Assembly (NCBI GenBank): GCA_025453395.1
Contig: JALOQK010000006.1
Coordinates: forward strand, 22,539-86,538
From: Candidatus Omnitrophota bacterium
GTDB taxonomy: Bacteria > Omnitrophota > Gorgyraeia > Gygaellales > Profunditerraquicolaceae
Length of the DNA: 64,000 bases
Reading direction: 5' to 3'
In this document: positions 1-10,544 of the stretch, in pieces
Layout of the letters: each line of letters begins with the position of its first letter
Position numbering within the stretch: the stretch's first letter is position 1
The notes under the pieces: model-generated
Database searches by the model: none
Told to the model about the DNA's origin: nothing
Seen by the model: only the letters and a program-made list of their open reading frames with translations
Made by a program: the position numbers and the translations under genes

Positions 1-376
1 CTGAGAAACGTTCCGATAGGCGCACAATACTTGAGATATGCTCTAATTGCTGGTCTATTTCGTTTACTTTAACAATAAAGCCCGAAGCTTTCAGGTTATT
101 AGCGCTTCTGAAGTTTTCATCATTAGTAAGGCCGGTAAGCATGAAAACCGGCAGATTCTGGTCGCCCTGGCGGATACGCCTTAAAGTTTCTATACCGTCC
201 ATCTGCGGCATCATAATATCCAAAAGCACCAGATCCGGCTTCTCCTGCTCGATCTTATCTAACGCTTCCTGACCGCTGTTTGCGATAACAACCTGAAAAT
301 CGCGCTCCTTAAGCTTAGGCTCAAGCATGCGAATAAAAAGCTTCTCGTCATCAACCAACAAAACTTTCTTGGGCAT
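1..376 (-). CDS. CheY-like response regulator receiver domain protein (partial, C-terminus beyond window start)
   Basis: Reverse-strand translation from ATG at 376..374 gives MPKKVLLVDDEKLFIRMLEPKLKERDFQVVIANSGQEALDKIEQEKPDLVLLDIMMPQMDGIETLRRIRQ... The acidic pocket DD, the phospho-acceptor D in LLDIMMP and the conserved T/K positions are typical of REC domains. The frame stays open to position 1. Confidence 0.7.
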   Translation of the reverse strand, partial: MPKKVLLVDDEKLFIRMLEPKLKERDFQVVIANSGQEALDKIEQEKPDLVLLDIMMPQMDGIETLRRIRQGDQNLPVFMLTGLTNDENFRSANNLKASGFIVKVNEIDQQLEHISSIVRLSERFS

Positions 377-380
377 AAAT

Positions 381-674
381 TTATTTCTGCTCAGGCACAG
401 GCACCTTGGGCGCTTGCGGAACCTGCTGCTGCATAGGCGCGGGCCTTCTTTGCATTGTCTTATCCTGCTGATAAGAAGCTCGCGGCGCGAACGCCTGAAT
501 AATACTTGCCGCAAAAAGGACAACTGACATACCGATAAAAACAACAGACACAATGCCTAAAACTTTTAACCTTTTATCTTCGGTCTTGCTTAAAGCAACT
601 AACACCAGAAATAAAACAGATAAAATTATTGTTGTAGGCAGCATCAAAGACATTATTATCCCCAGTATAGCCAT
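381..674 (-). CDS. small membrane protein (2 TM helices, Q/P-rich C-terminal tail), hypothetical
   Basis: 97-aa ORF with two hydrophobic helices and a MQQQVPQAPKVPVPEQK tail. RBS AAAGGAG lies 7 nt upstream of the ATG. Its stop is 5 nt from the CheY start, so the two are probably co-transcribed. Confidence 0.4.
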   Translation of the reverse strand: MAILGIIMSLMLPTTIILSVLFLVLVALSKTEDKRLKVLGIVSVVFIGMSVVLFAASIIQAFAPRASYQQDKTMQRRPAPMQQQVPQAPKVPVPEQK

Positions 675-697
675 TTGTTTCTCCTTTCGTTCTTAGT

Positions 698-725
698 ATT
701 ATAGCAAAAAAAACGGATTCCACAA
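698..725 (-). promoter_or_regulatory. putative sigma70-type promoter for the small membrane protein/CheY pair
   Basis: Minus-strand reading: TTGTGG-16nt-TGcTATAAT (extended -10), then AAAGGAGAAACAA ATG. The -35 match is weak. Confidence 0.3.
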
Positions 726-740
726 TAATTATTGTAAAAA

Positions 741-3700
741 CTAAGATTGTTTCTTCTTCTCTCTATCCTCTATTAATTTGGCGGCGATTTCCTGCGGGGC
801 CTGCATATAACATTTAAATTCCATAGAGCTGTTGGCCCTGCCGCTTGATAAAGAACGAAAGGCTGTGGCATAACCAAACATTTCCCCTAATGGGACATCC
901 GCGGAAATCAACTTTTGTTTACCCTTGGCATCCATATTCAGGATCTTGCCTCTTCTGGAGCAGATATAGCCGATAACACTATTAGTGTACTCATCAGGAG
1001 TAGAGACTTGAAGCGACATATAAGGCTCCAATAACACCGGCTTTGAGTGCATCACCGCGTCTTTGAAAGCCATGCTGGCGGCAATCTTAAAAGCAAGCTC
1101 CGAAGAATCTACCTCATGGAAAGAACCGTCCACTAAGGTAATTTTGATATCAACAACCGGATACCCCACATAAACGCCCTTGAGCATTGCCTCTTTCACG
1201 CCCTTCTCTACCGACGGAATAAAAGATCTTGGGATCGCCCCGCCTTTTATGGCGTCCACAAATTCAAAACCTCCTGCCGGACCCAAGGGAGCTATTTCAA
1301 TAACTACATGCCCATACTGGCCGCGGCCTCCGGTTTGACGGATGTATTTGCCTTCGGCCTTAAAGGTTTCAGTAACAGTCTCCCGATAAGCAACCTTCGG
1401 CTGGCCCACAATAGCGTCCACGCCAAATTCTACTTTAAGCCGGTCCACAATAATCTCAAGGTGCAATTCCCCCATGCCGGTAAGAAGCGTCTCTTGAGTT
1501 TCTTCATCGCTGGATACGATAAAAGTTGGGTCTTCATCGGACAAACGAGCCAAAGCCCTGCCAAGCTTATCCTGGTCTGCCCGGGTTTTGGGAGAAATAC
1601 TCAAAGAAACAACTGGGATAGGAAATTGTATCGCCTCCAGAAGCACGGGATTCTTAGGGGCACAAAGAGTGTCTCCGGTTGTGGCATCTGATAAACCGAT
1701 CAAGGCCACTATCTCGCCGGCGTAGGCATAATCAATATTTTCGCGCTGATTAGCGTGCATGCGCACAATTCTTCCCACGCGCTCTTTTTTATCTTTGCGC
1801 ACGTTTAATATATAAGTGCCGGTTCGCAAGACCCCTGAATACACGCGCACATAAACTAATTTTCCCATGTGCGGATCAGACTGGATCTTAAATGCCAAGC
1901 CTGTAAACGGCTCTTCAAAATCCGGATGGCGCTCTATAAGAGTTTCCGGGTTAGAAACATCATGCGCTTTAACCGCAGGCAGATCTAAAGGGGAAGGTAA
2001 AAACATCCCCACAGAATCAAGCAGTTTCTGTATCCCCTTATTCTTAAAAGCTGCTCCGCACAAGACTGGAATTAGTTTATTGGCAATGGTGGCCTTACGA
2101 ATAACTTTGATCAGCTCGTCATTAGTAATGCTTTCTGCATTCTCCAGATATTTTTTGGTCAATTCTTCGTCACAGGTAGAAACTTTTTCCAACAAAATAT
2201 GGCGGTATTCTTTGGCCTTTTCTTTATATTCCTCGGGGATTTCTTCAATATTGAAATTCTTACCCTGCGCGTCTTGCTCTTTATAAACATAGGCCTTCAT
2301 CTCTATCAAATCAATAATGCCTTTAAAATTATCTTCCGCTCCCACAGGCAAAACAATCGCCACCGCATTTGCTTCCAAATCTTCTTCTATTGCCTTTAAC
2401 ACCGCGTAGAAATCAGCGCCTGTCCTGTCCATCTTATTTACAAAAGCTAACTTCGGAACATTATATTTATTAGACTGCCTCCAGACGGTTTCTGACTGAG
2501 GCTCTACCCCTCCTACGGCGCAGAAAACCGCAACCGCCCCGTCTAATACGCGCAGTGACCGCTCCACCTCTACTGTAAAATCCACATGGCCGGGAGTATC
2601 AATAATGTTAATCCGGTTTTTATTCCAGTAACAAGTAGTCGCCGCTGCGGTAATGGTAATGCCTCTTTCCTGCTCCTGCTTCATCCAATCCATCTGGGCC
2701 TTACCATCATGCACTTCTCCGAGCTTATGAGATCTGCCGGTATAAAAAAGAATGCGCTCCGTAAGGGTAGTCTTGCCAGCGTCAATATGCGCCATGATCC
2801 CAATATTTCTTAGATCTTCTAATTTAAAATTTGGTTCCGGAATTAAAACATCTTCTTCAGAAACAGCTTCTTGCGGCTTTACAGGGGAATCTTCTTGCGT
2901 TTCCTCTGGCCGCACAACCGGCTCTTGCGGCTTGGCAGGTTCAACATCAACTTGCCTGATATTCTCTTGGCCGGCCGGGCTTTCTTCTTTAGCTGCTTGC
3001 TCGCAAGAGATCTCTTGTTTTAGGGGCTCTTCCTGCGGCGCTTCAAACTGGGCGCGGCTATTCAATTGATTTTTAAGCGCCATTATTTCGTCAACCAGTT
3101 TCTTGATCTTTTCTTCTTTAGCATCAAGCTCTTTCTCAAGGCCGGTATATTCCTCATTAAGATTATTAAAATCCTGCTTGGGCACCCATTCGCTTAACTT
3201 TTCCCTCTCCCGAAGCTGCGAAATTAATATATCTTTTTCCTTGATCGTCTTGGCATGCCGCTCTATCTGATGTTTCATAGATTCAATCTGGTCGGATTTA
3301 TTCTTATTATCTTTAACAAGCGAGTTCATATCCAAACTCATATCATTCATCTGGCGGCTTAACTCTACATTGCGGGTAAAATTATCCTGAAGCTCTTTTT
3401 CTCTATCGGTAAACTTTTTCTTTACCGACTGATTTTCTTCCTGAAGGCGTGTTATCTCTTCCCCTTCTTTCTTGATCCACTCTTCCCTGCGTTTAATCTC
3501 TATATTCATCTGGGATTCAACCGTCTGAAGGCGATCAAGATTAGCCTGCATAGAAAGAAAATTAGTATTAGATTTATCAAGCTCTGAGCGGGTTTTATCC
3601 AATTCCTCCTGAAGGCGCAATATTTTCTGCTCTTTAGCGATAATGCCGTCTTCAACGCTTTTTTCGCGCCGCGCCTTTTTTACAGATGCTTTGCCGGCAG

Positions 3701-3767
3701 GCATCATTAACCCGTAGATTGCCAAGCCTACGCCGAAAACAAAAATTGAAATCAAGAAAATTAACAT
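741..3767 (-). CDS. elongation factor G paralog with N-terminal transmembrane helix + ~290 aa coiled-coil/acidic linker extension (1008 aa)
   Basis: Residues ~320-1008 align along their whole length with EF-G ([127 protein letters not shown]). Residues 1-22 are hydrophobic ([22 protein letters not shown]). Residues ~25-230 are K/E/Q-rich heptad-like coiled coil. Residues ~230-315 form a P/E/Q-rich acidic linker. The frame is continuous with no stop. Confidence 0.85.
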   Translation of the reverse strand: MLIFLISIFVFGVGLAIYGLMMPAGKASVKKARREKSVEDGIIAKEQKILRLQEELDKTRSELDKSNTNFLSMQANLDRLQTVESQMNIEIKRREEWIKKEGEEITRLQEENQSVKKKFTDREKELQDNFTRNVELSRQMNDMSLDMNSLVKDNKNKSDQIESMKHQIERHAKTIKEKDILISQLREREKLSEWVPKQDFNNLNEEYTGLEKELDAKEEKIKKLVDEIMALKNQLNSRAQFEAPQEEPLKQEISCEQAAKEESPAGQENIRQVDVEPAKPQEPVVRPEETQEDSPVKPQEAVSEEDVLIPEPNFKLEDLRNIGIMAHIDAGKTTLTERILFYTGRSHKLGEVHDGKAQMDWMKQEQERGITITAAATTCYWNKNRINIIDTPGHVDFTVEVERSLRVLDGAVAVFCAVGGVEPQSETVWRQSNKYNVPKLAFVNKMDRTGADFYAVLKAIEEDLEANAVAIVLPVGAEDNFKGIIDLIEMKAYVYKEQDAQGKNFNIEEIPEEYKEKAKEYRHILLEKVSTCDEELTKKYLENAESITNDELIKVIRKATIANKLIPVLCGAAFKNKGIQKLLDSVGMFLPSPLDLPAVKAHDVSNPETLIERHPDFEEPFTGLAFKIQSDPHMGKLVYVRVYSGVLRTGTYILNVRKDKKERVGRIVRMHANQRENIDYAYAGEIVALIGLSDATTGDTLCAPKNPVLLEAIQFPIPVVSLSISPKTRADQDKLGRALARLSDEDPTFIVSSDEETQETLLTGMGELHLEIIVDRLKVEFGVDAIVGQPKVAYRETVTETFKAEGKYIRQTGGRGQYGHVVIEIAPLGPAGGFEFVDAIKGGAIPRSFIPSVEKGVKEAMLKGVYVGYPVVDIKITLVDGSFHEVDSSELAFKIAASMAFKDAVMHSKPVLLEPYMSLQVSTPDEYTNSVIGYICSRRGKILNMDAKGKQKLISADVPLGEMFGYATAFRSLSSGRANSSMEFKCYMQAPQEIAAKLIEDREKKKQS

Positions 3768-4832
3768 CTATTTAATCTCCGCTAATTCATAATCAAGGCT
3801 GCCAAGCCCGAGCTTTTGGGCATATTCCAATTGCCGCAAGGCGTCTCTCTCGGGATGGGCCTTTTTAAAAACATCTTCTCCGGATTTCTTCAAAACTGAA
3901 TCAAAACAGGCCTTATCTATTGCTACCGGATCACTTGAAGCAAATATCCCTACGTCCGGACAGATGCTGGGGTCATCCTTGGCCAGGCAATCACATTCCT
4001 TGGTGATCTTTAAAGCAAAATTAATAAAACACGCCGGTTTAGACATTCCCTTAAGCAACGCGAAGGCATATTCTACCATCTTTTCCTGGATTGTGGAACT
4101 GCCAGATTCCCATTTCACATCAATGGCTTTTTTAGGGCAAACCGCGATACAACTGGCGCAGCCAATGCAAAGCTTCTGATCTATAACAGCCGAATCTTTA
4201 TTTAAGCTTATTGCCTTGACAGGGCAGACATCTACACAATGTCCACAAACAATACAAGAATCTTTATGCACCACAGGGCACAAATCTGAATGCTGCGCTA
4301 ATTTCCCCTCTCGAGAAGCGCAGCCCATGCCGATATTTTTCAAGGCCCCGCCAAAACCAGTCATAATATGCCCCTTAAAATGCGCGATATCCACTAAGGC
4401 ATCCACATCATTAAAAAATGAGGAAATTTTTGCCTCTTTGACATATTTTTTGTTAATAACAACCTCTGTGCTTTTATCGCAGCCTATTTCAACAGGGGCA
4501 TGGATATTTTCCAGAAAGAAGCCGTGTTCTCTGGCCAGCAACAGATGCTCTTCGGATTTCACTCTTCTTCCGCAATAAAGGGTATTGGTATCAACCGCCA
4601 CCGGCAGGGCTTTCTTTTCTTTGATCATATCAGAAACCGCGCGCACATATTCCGGCTTAACAAAACCAGTATTGCCTTCTTCGCCAAAATGCAGTTTTAA
4701 CGCTACTTTCGCGCCTGAACGGATAAAATCCAAAACCGCGCTGGCTTTAAGCAAACGGTTAAATTTGGCCAGAATATCCCGCTTTTCCTGTTTATCTAAC
4801 ACTGAAACAAAATATACTTTGCTTTTTTCCAT
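3768..4832 (-). CDS. DUF362-family iron-sulfur protein with two 4Fe-4S ferredoxin motifs
   Basis: CIVCGHCVDVCPVKAI and CIGCASCIAVCPKKAI are CxxCxxCxxxCP motifs. The N-terminal region resembles DUF362. Its start abuts the EF-G fusion stop (0-bp gap). Confidence 0.65.
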   Translation of the reverse strand: MEKSKVYFVSVLDKQEKRDILAKFNRLLKASAVLDFIRSGAKVALKLHFGEEGNTGFVKPEYVRAVSDMIKEKKALPVAVDTNTLYCGRRVKSEEHLLLAREHGFFLENIHAPVEIGCDKSTEVVINKKYVKEAKISSFFNDVDALVDIAHFKGHIMTGFGGALKNIGMGCASREGKLAQHSDLCPVVHKDSCIVCGHCVDVCPVKAISLNKDSAVIDQKLCIGCASCIAVCPKKAIDVKWESGSSTIQEKMVEYAFALLKGMSKPACFINFALKITKECDCLAKDDPSICPDVGIFASSDPVAIDKACFDSVLKKSGEDVFKKAHPERDALRQLEYAQKLGLGSLDYELAEIK

Positions 4833-4835
4833 GGG

Positions 4836-7337
4836 CTACTGGGATTTAAAGAATATGTCCGTAAAACTTTTAATTATTGATCCGACTGCCGGCTTAAACT
4901 TATATTTTGGCTCTTTGAGCGTTCCGCCTATAGTAATCAAGCCAAAACGCGTAGCCTGCCCTAATATCGCGGTAGTAATATCGCGTATGCCGCCGGTTAA
5001 GGGGGCATCGGGAGAAATCTCCACATTTAAAGAAGCATCCAGGGAGGAATCAAAGCCAATCAGGGCATTTCCTTTAATTGTAGCCAAATTACTGATAAGG
5101 ATCAAATTATCCGTTGATATCTTTTGTTTACCCACGATAAAATCACATCCGCCTTGGGTAAAAACTACGTTCGTAAAATCAGTGGTAAATAAAAGCTTGC
5201 CTATGCCCTTAAGCAAATTTAGATTCCAAAGTTTACCGTTATAGACTAAAACCCTTCCCGCGCCTTCTATATTTTGCAGATCATTGCCTTTTCCGGCCAA
5301 TTCAAACTGAGCGGATAAAAGCCCGGACAGGTCAGAATCCTTGGCTTGGGTGTCCATCTTTAAACGCTCAAGCTTTACATTATCAATAACTGCGCGCAAA
5401 GAAAACGGCATGGATGCCTCACGCAAATCTACTGTTGCCGTGCCAGTTATTTTACCTTCGTATAGAAAAGCTACGAGGTCAGAAAACTTTCCCATACCGG
5501 AATTTTGAGCATAAACTGCCTGCAGGCCATCTAATTTTATTCCATAAAGAGAAACTGGAGAAGTTTTTATATCCATTTTAAGGGAAGCTTTGGGCAGGGC
5601 ATTTAAATAGCCGTTTAACTCAAACAATACCTCTGCCTTGCCATTTAAAGAGGCTTTTTCAAGCTGCGGCTTTAATGCAAGCGGAACAACATTAATTATA
5701 TCTTTTAAATCTACCGAAGCTGTTGCTCTTACTCCGGCAAGGGCAACCGCCTGAGAAAGATCAAATGAGCCAGAAGCTGATACCTCAGAATTAGAATACC
5801 GGGCTTTGAATTTTGACAAAACCAAAACCTTGCCGCTGGAAGCAAATTCTGCGACTGCCGACAGATCCGCAGATGATATTGATATAATTCCCGACGGGCT
5901 TGACAGGCTTAAGATTGAACCCGAAGACTGACAGGCCTTATTCATATAGCCGAATCTTAAATTATCCCATTGCAGGCTATCCCGCGTAAAATTTATCCTG
6001 CCATTTACTTTTTCAATAGCAGCTGGCAGCTTTTCTTGCTTGATGTTCACATCCTTTAAATCTAAAGCGCCGGTTACTTTAAGCCTGTCTAAAGAAAGCG
6101 GCAGCACAGATGACACTTGACAGGCCAATACCGCATCGCCATCCATTTTATAAATAGCGGTAATCTTAAATTTATTGTTTAAAGCGTCCTGCAATAGCGC
6201 CATGCCAAAAGAAGAATTAAGCTTTAAATCAAAAGCTGGCGCCTGAAGGCTATTATCCAGTTTTAACTCTGCCTGAAAAGGAACACCCGAAACAGAAGCA
6301 TTAATGCCTTTTAATACCGCCTGCTTATCATCAAATTGGGCGTTACAAGAAAAGTTATCCAAACGGCCTATATGGTCTATACCGGTAATACTGGCATCCT
6401 GGATGCGCGCCTTACCGGCATAGCTTAATTGTTTATCTGCAAGGCCGTATTTAATGCTGGTATCCCCGGAAAAAGACGCGTCAAAACCCAGTTTATCTTT
6501 AATAAAATTAAACTTAGCCGCAGAGAAATTTAAATTGGCGCTTAAAATCCCTTCTTTAAACTGCAGGTCTGCCTTTGAGCTTAAGATGCCGTTTTTAAGC
6601 TTGATACCCAAGGCATCCATGTAAACAGCAAATTGCGCAAGGTCAAAATTATCTAAATCAACATGCGCGGATAGATCTTTCTGCGGGATGCGGTATTGCC
6701 CGGAAAAGGAGACCAAAGATGAAATTACCGCCTGCCCGCGAAATTTAACGCTTGCCGGAAGGGACAGGTAAACGGTTAAATCTAAATCTTCGATTTGCTT
6801 ATTGAACACGGGCTGAAACATATTGTCTTTAAAATCAACCCGCGCTTTAGAAATAACCATTTTCCGCACTACAAAATTAAGCGCGCTCGAAGAAAATTTA
6901 TTTGCTGAAGCATTTGTGAATAAAGATAAAATATCGATGCCGCCGAACTTATCGCGAGAAACCCATATTTGCGGATTAAGAAGATGCACCGAAGAAATAA
7001 CGATTCTCTTTTGGATAGGAAAGATAAAAAAGCTTATATAGGTTTTGGGAAGATATATATAGGTGCGGCTGTCATCAAATATCTTAAAATCCGTTAAAAC
7101 TATCCCTCTAAAAATATTAAGCTTTAACGAACTTAAGCTTACTTTTTTCCCGGTTACGTTTTGGCTGGCTTCAATAATGGCGGATTTTATTTTGGTAGGC
7201 AGGTACACCCTATCCAGGTAAAAAAAACAAAAAGTTAAGGCAAGAATAACGGCCAGTAAAAAAATAAGCGCCAGTTTGATCTTTTTGAACATAAATTTTT
7301 TTGGAAAACTAAAGAATGAATTCCGGCTTCTTGACAA
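4836..7337 (-). CDS. AsmA-family outer-membrane biogenesis protein
   Basis: 833 aa with an N-terminal TM anchor (IKLALIFLLAVILALTFCFFYL) and a long beta-rich periplasmic region with repeated DLK/DF motifs, the typical AsmA/TamB-like architecture. Confidence 0.55.
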   Translation of the reverse strand: MSRSRNSFFSFPKKFMFKKIKLALIFLLAVILALTFCFFYLDRVYLPTKIKSAIIEASQNVTGKKVSLSSLKLNIFRGIVLTDFKIFDDSRTYIYLPKTYISFFIFPIQKRIVISSVHLLNPQIWVSRDKFGGIDILSLFTNASANKFSSSALNFVVRKMVISKARVDFKDNMFQPVFNKQIEDLDLTVYLSLPASVKFRGQAVISSLVSFSGQYRIPQKDLSAHVDLDNFDLAQFAVYMDALGIKLKNGILSSKADLQFKEGILSANLNFSAAKFNFIKDKLGFDASFSGDTSIKYGLADKQLSYAGKARIQDASITGIDHIGRLDNFSCNAQFDDKQAVLKGINASVSGVPFQAELKLDNSLQAPAFDLKLNSSFGMALLQDALNNKFKITAIYKMDGDAVLACQVSSVLPLSLDRLKVTGALDLKDVNIKQEKLPAAIEKVNGRINFTRDSLQWDNLRFGYMNKACQSSGSILSLSSPSGIISISSADLSAVAEFASSGKVLVLSKFKARYSNSEVSASGSFDLSQAVALAGVRATASVDLKDIINVVPLALKPQLEKASLNGKAEVLFELNGYLNALPKASLKMDIKTSPVSLYGIKLDGLQAVYAQNSGMGKFSDLVAFLYEGKITGTATVDLREASMPFSLRAVIDNVKLERLKMDTQAKDSDLSGLLSAQFELAGKGNDLQNIEGAGRVLVYNGKLWNLNLLKGIGKLLFTTDFTNVVFTQGGCDFIVGKQKISTDNLILISNLATIKGNALIGFDSSLDASLNVEISPDAPLTGGIRDITTAILGQATRFGLITIGGTLKEPKYKFKPAVGSIIKSFTDIFFKSQ

Positions 7338-8778
7338 GCGGGTTATTTCTTATCTGTTCTTTAACCGCCTCACAAAGCCCTGGTTTGTCCAATTTAAAAT
7401 ACATATAATTCTTATAGCCCTCTACCCCCGGTTGGTCAAAGGCATTGATACCCAGAAGCTCTGCTTCAAAAGCAATTGAAATCTGAAAGAAGGCCAGCAG
7501 CGCCCCCCAATAATATGGGGTTATCTCAGGTAAAATAACCGTGCAATTCGGGCGCTTTTCTCTCACCAGCGCCCACTGGGTAGCTTCCTGCGCCAAAGAG
7601 AGAAGGCTGCCATAAGATTTTCCATCAAGGATATCCTTATTCACGGGAAGCTTAATATCATTCTTAAAACGCTCTATTTTGATAAAAGTAACCGCTTTAT
7701 CGTTTCTGCCCTCTATATTATTCTGCTGTATGGAATGCAAGTCATTGGTCCCGCGGCAAGAAACAGGAGTCCTGCCCACATTCACCAGTTTGTCTTTATC
7801 CATCTGCCAGTTTTCCGTGCCGTCATTATTCACAATTATCTTACGCGCGTATTTTTTACCCAGGCTTTCGCCTAAAAGCTGGCTATACCAATCAGCGGTT
7901 GATTTCAAAGTCTCGGCAAATGGCATCATAATAGCGATAAACTTATCCTTCTTTTTGTAAAGTATATAATGCAAAAGCGCGTACATGTAGGCGGGATTCT
8001 GTAAAACTTGCTTATTCTGGCAGCGCTTGAACATATCCCTTGCTCCAGATAAAACTTCTTCCATATTTATCCCGCAAACCGCCAAATGCAACAAACCCAT
8101 GTTAAACTCCGAGAATCTTCCTCCCACGCCTTTTAACAAGTCTAAGCTTCTGAAACTATCCGGATCTTTCTGATTAGCCATATCTGCTTTCTTGCGCAAT
8201 GCCCCGGATGAAGGGTCAGTAATAGCCACGATCTGCCGGAGGTATTTAGGGCCGGCATTCTTCTTTAACCACGCCTGCACCACAGAAAAAGCGGCCTTGG
8301 TTTCCGTAGTCTCTCCAGACTTGGAGATAACTACCACAAAGGTCTTCTTGGCCTTAAGGCTTTTTAATAAAACGCTTAAAGTCTGGGGGTCGAGATTATT
8401 GCCTTCAAAATATACCCGGGGTTTTTTCTTTCTTAAAGAAGAGAAATCATTGTAATAAGCGCTTGTAAGCGCGTCAGAAGCAGCTTTCAGGCCCAGATAT
8501 GACCCTCCAATGCCTAAGAAAATAACATTTTCGTATTTTTTATTGATTTCTGCTGCCAGCTTCTTGGTCTTGGCAATAATTTCAGCTGATTGACAAGGAA
8601 GATCAATCCAGGCAAGCGAGAGATTAAGCTTATCTTGAGGATTCAAAAAAACTTTATCCAAATGCCGAACAGCTTGCTGGCAAGCCTCTTTTAATTCTTC
8701 TATGTCGCCAAGGCCAACTCCGTGTTCACCAACATTTATTTCAAACATATTGTTAAAATCAAACTTAATATTTTCCAT
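7309..8778 (-). CDS. pgi: glucose-6-phosphate isomerase
   Basis: FLGIGGSYLGLKAASDAL (SIS motif), plus conserved PGI segments around GRTPVSCRGTNDLHS and the C-terminal region. The length, 489 aa, fits. Confidence 0.85.
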   Translation of the reverse strand: MENIKFDFNNMFEINVGEHGVGLGDIEELKEACQQAVRHLDKVFLNPQDKLNLSLAWIDLPCQSAEIIAKTKKLAAEINKKYENVIFLGIGGSYLGLKAASDALTSAYYNDFSSLRKKKPRVYFEGNNLDPQTLSVLLKSLKAKKTFVVVISKSGETTETKAAFSVVQAWLKKNAGPKYLRQIVAITDPSSGALRKKADMANQKDPDSFRSLDLLKGVGGRFSEFNMGLLHLAVCGINMEEVLSGARDMFKRCQNKQVLQNPAYMYALLHYILYKKKDKFIAIMMPFAETLKSTADWYSQLLGESLGKKYARKIIVNNDGTENWQMDKDKLVNVGRTPVSCRGTNDLHSIQQNNIEGRNDKAVTFIKIERFKNDIKLPVNKDILDGKSYGSLLSLAQEATQWALVREKRPNCTVILPEITPYYWGALLAFFQISIAFEAELLGINAFDQPGVEGYKNYMYFKLDKPGLCEAVKEQIRNNPLVKKPEFIL

Positions 8779-8847
8779 GATTGCTCATCCCCTGTTTATT
8801 AAAAAAAATGTTCCCGATATTTTCCTAATTTTATCACATCCGACAGC

Positions 8848-10524
8848 TTATGCAACATTTCTTCTTGGGAAATAGAATGCTGAAAGCCCAAGAATAAAAA
8901 TAAATATAAGCGCTAAACAGGAAACTGTTACAGCTATGGCGCGCACCGGAGTATAGCCGAATTTTATCCTGATGCTATGAACCCCTGCGGGGATCATAAA
9001 TTCAATAAGCCCGTTGGGAGAGCTTGCCCAAACTTCTGTTTTTGCCCCATCTATCCAAACCTGCCAGCCGGGAAAATAAAAAACATCATAATAGGCGTTG
9101 GTTTTTGAAGCGCAGGATACTGAAAATAATTTCTCAAGAGAAGAAATGCCCTGCTTGTCCAAAACCTGTAAGTTTGCCTGCCCGGAAGAAGAAAATATGG
9201 AATCCTGATGCGGTTTCCTGGGCATCTGTTTTACCCAGATAGGAGTATATTCCTTGGCATCGGGAAGATGCATGTAATCCAAAAGCTCTCTTACATCACC
9301 AACATTAAGCCAATCACTGTTCCATAAAGGCTTGGTAGTGTTTACCTGGCAATAAAAAATATTAGCCACAACCACAAGAACCGCTAAGAATATATTTACA
9401 AAGCGCATAATCCTGTTTTGGGCGATCAAAGACACGCCGGCGGCTAAAAAAGACGCGCTTAAAGTAACAAGGGTTAAAAAACGCCAGGGAAATTGAACAT
9501 ATGAAAGCATGGGTATTTTCTCCCAGAAGAAAGAAGAGGCAGTCAGAGTAAAAAAACATGATACTAACATAAGGCCAAGGAAAAATAAAACCTGCCTGAA
9601 GGTTTCCCGATAGACACGGTAGATCCTTAAAAGCATAAAAACTGCCACAGTTGAGAAAATAAGATGCAAGGGGCCAATTTGGAAAGACATCCCGTCGTAT
9701 GGCCCGGATAGAGAATCTCCATAACCCCATTTAGAATAAATAAGCTGCCAGGGATAAACAAAGTGGTTAATATACTGCCAGCGCCCGCCGATCATATTAT
9801 GGATCTGAACAAAATTCTTCTCAAGGATCGCCGGAAGCCAAAAAAACGCGCCTAAGGATAAACCGGTAATCATGCTGGACAACAAGTAAAAGATATTCTT
9901 TCGGCATAAAACGATTGCGTAAACAAAAGCTACCGGAAAAAACAGCATGCACATAATATTGTGCGACAGGCTTAAAGCAGCCACCGATAAAGCGGCCAGG
10001 ATAAAATACCCCTTGGAGGATTTAAGGCTTAAGCGATACAGCGATAAAAGAATAAAAGGAAACACGGCAAAAGAACTAAATTCCGCAAACGCCCCTCTGA
10101 CATAGATATCCACGATATGATACGGGGCAAAGGTATAACAGACACCGGCTAAGAAAGCGCCTGTCTTAGGGAAAAATTCCCGCGCGAATAAATACATCCC
10201 CACAGCGGAAACAATCCAGAAAAATACAGCAGCAATATTTAAAGAGGCGACCACCCCTACGCCTAAAAGGACGAATGCGTGCGCGGCGTAATAAAAAAGC
10301 GGCGGATAGAAATTAAAAAGCGGATACCCGAAACCAAAATTAAAATTACCCACCCACCTGACCATAAATTGCCCGTCGCCAAAACAACGGTATAGCGACA
10401 CCTGGCGGATAAAACCCGCGGCAGAATCATGCCCCAGATTTAATTTATCATTTAATAAGCCCCGGCAGGCCAACAAAGATGCCAAAACAAGAACAGCCAG
10501 TAAAATCCAATCATTTCTTTTCAT
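8848..10524 (-). CDS. polytopic membrane protein with C-terminal soluble domain, putative GT-C-type glycosyltransferase (ArnT/PMT/YfhO-like)
   Basis: There are about 11 predicted TM helices followed by a ~150-aa hydrophilic domain. I recognise no diagnostic motif, so the call rests on architecture only. Confidence 0.3.
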   Translation of the reverse strand: MKRNDWILLAVLVLASLLACRGLLNDKLNLGHDSAAGFIRQVSLYRCFGDGQFMVRWVGNFNFGFGYPLFNFYPPLFYYAAHAFVLLGVGVVASLNIAAVFFWIVSAVGMYLFAREFFPKTGAFLAGVCYTFAPYHIVDIYVRGAFAEFSSFAVFPFILLSLYRLSLKSSKGYFILAALSVAALSLSHNIMCMLFFPVAFVYAIVLCRKNIFYLLSSMITGLSLGAFFWLPAILEKNFVQIHNMIGGRWQYINHFVYPWQLIYSKWGYGDSLSGPYDGMSFQIGPLHLIFSTVAVFMLLRIYRVYRETFRQVLFFLGLMLVSCFFTLTASSFFWEKIPMLSYVQFPWRFLTLVTLSASFLAAGVSLIAQNRIMRFVNIFLAVLVVVANIFYCQVNTTKPLWNSDWLNVGDVRELLDYMHLPDAKEYTPIWVKQMPRKPHQDSIFSSSGQANLQVLDKQGISSLEKLFSVSCASKTNAYYDVFYFPGWQVWIDGAKTEVWASSPNGLIEFMIPAGVHSIRIKFGYTPVRAIAVTVSCLALIFIFILGLSAFYFPRRNVA

Positions 10525-10544
10525 ATTTTCTTCGGGCCTTAGGA

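Noticed and set aside
1308-1691. Plus-strand ORFs of 60-230 aa throughout the window (for example 1308..1691, 4585..5244, 16048..16749, 32357..32794).
   Set aside because: Every one lies antisense inside a longer minus-strand gene with clear homology. None has a convincing RBS or a recognisable domain. They are shadow ORFs.
741-3767. The 1008-aa ORF could be two genes mis-joined: a coiled-coil membrane protein plus a normal fusA.
   Set aside because: There is no in-frame stop anywhere between the TM helix and the EF-G G-domain. Codon composition is continuous. The EF-G N-terminus ([14 protein letters not shown]) has no separate RBS or start context. I kept it as a fusion and flagged it for verification.
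9362-9730. Minus-strand alternative-frame ORFs nested in real genes (9362..9730, 18459..18668, 52719..52928, 54535..54753, 56269..56493, 57823..58023, 43442..43750).
   Set aside because: They are fully contained in a different frame of well-supported CDS, are Arg/Cys-rich with odd composition, and lack independent signals.
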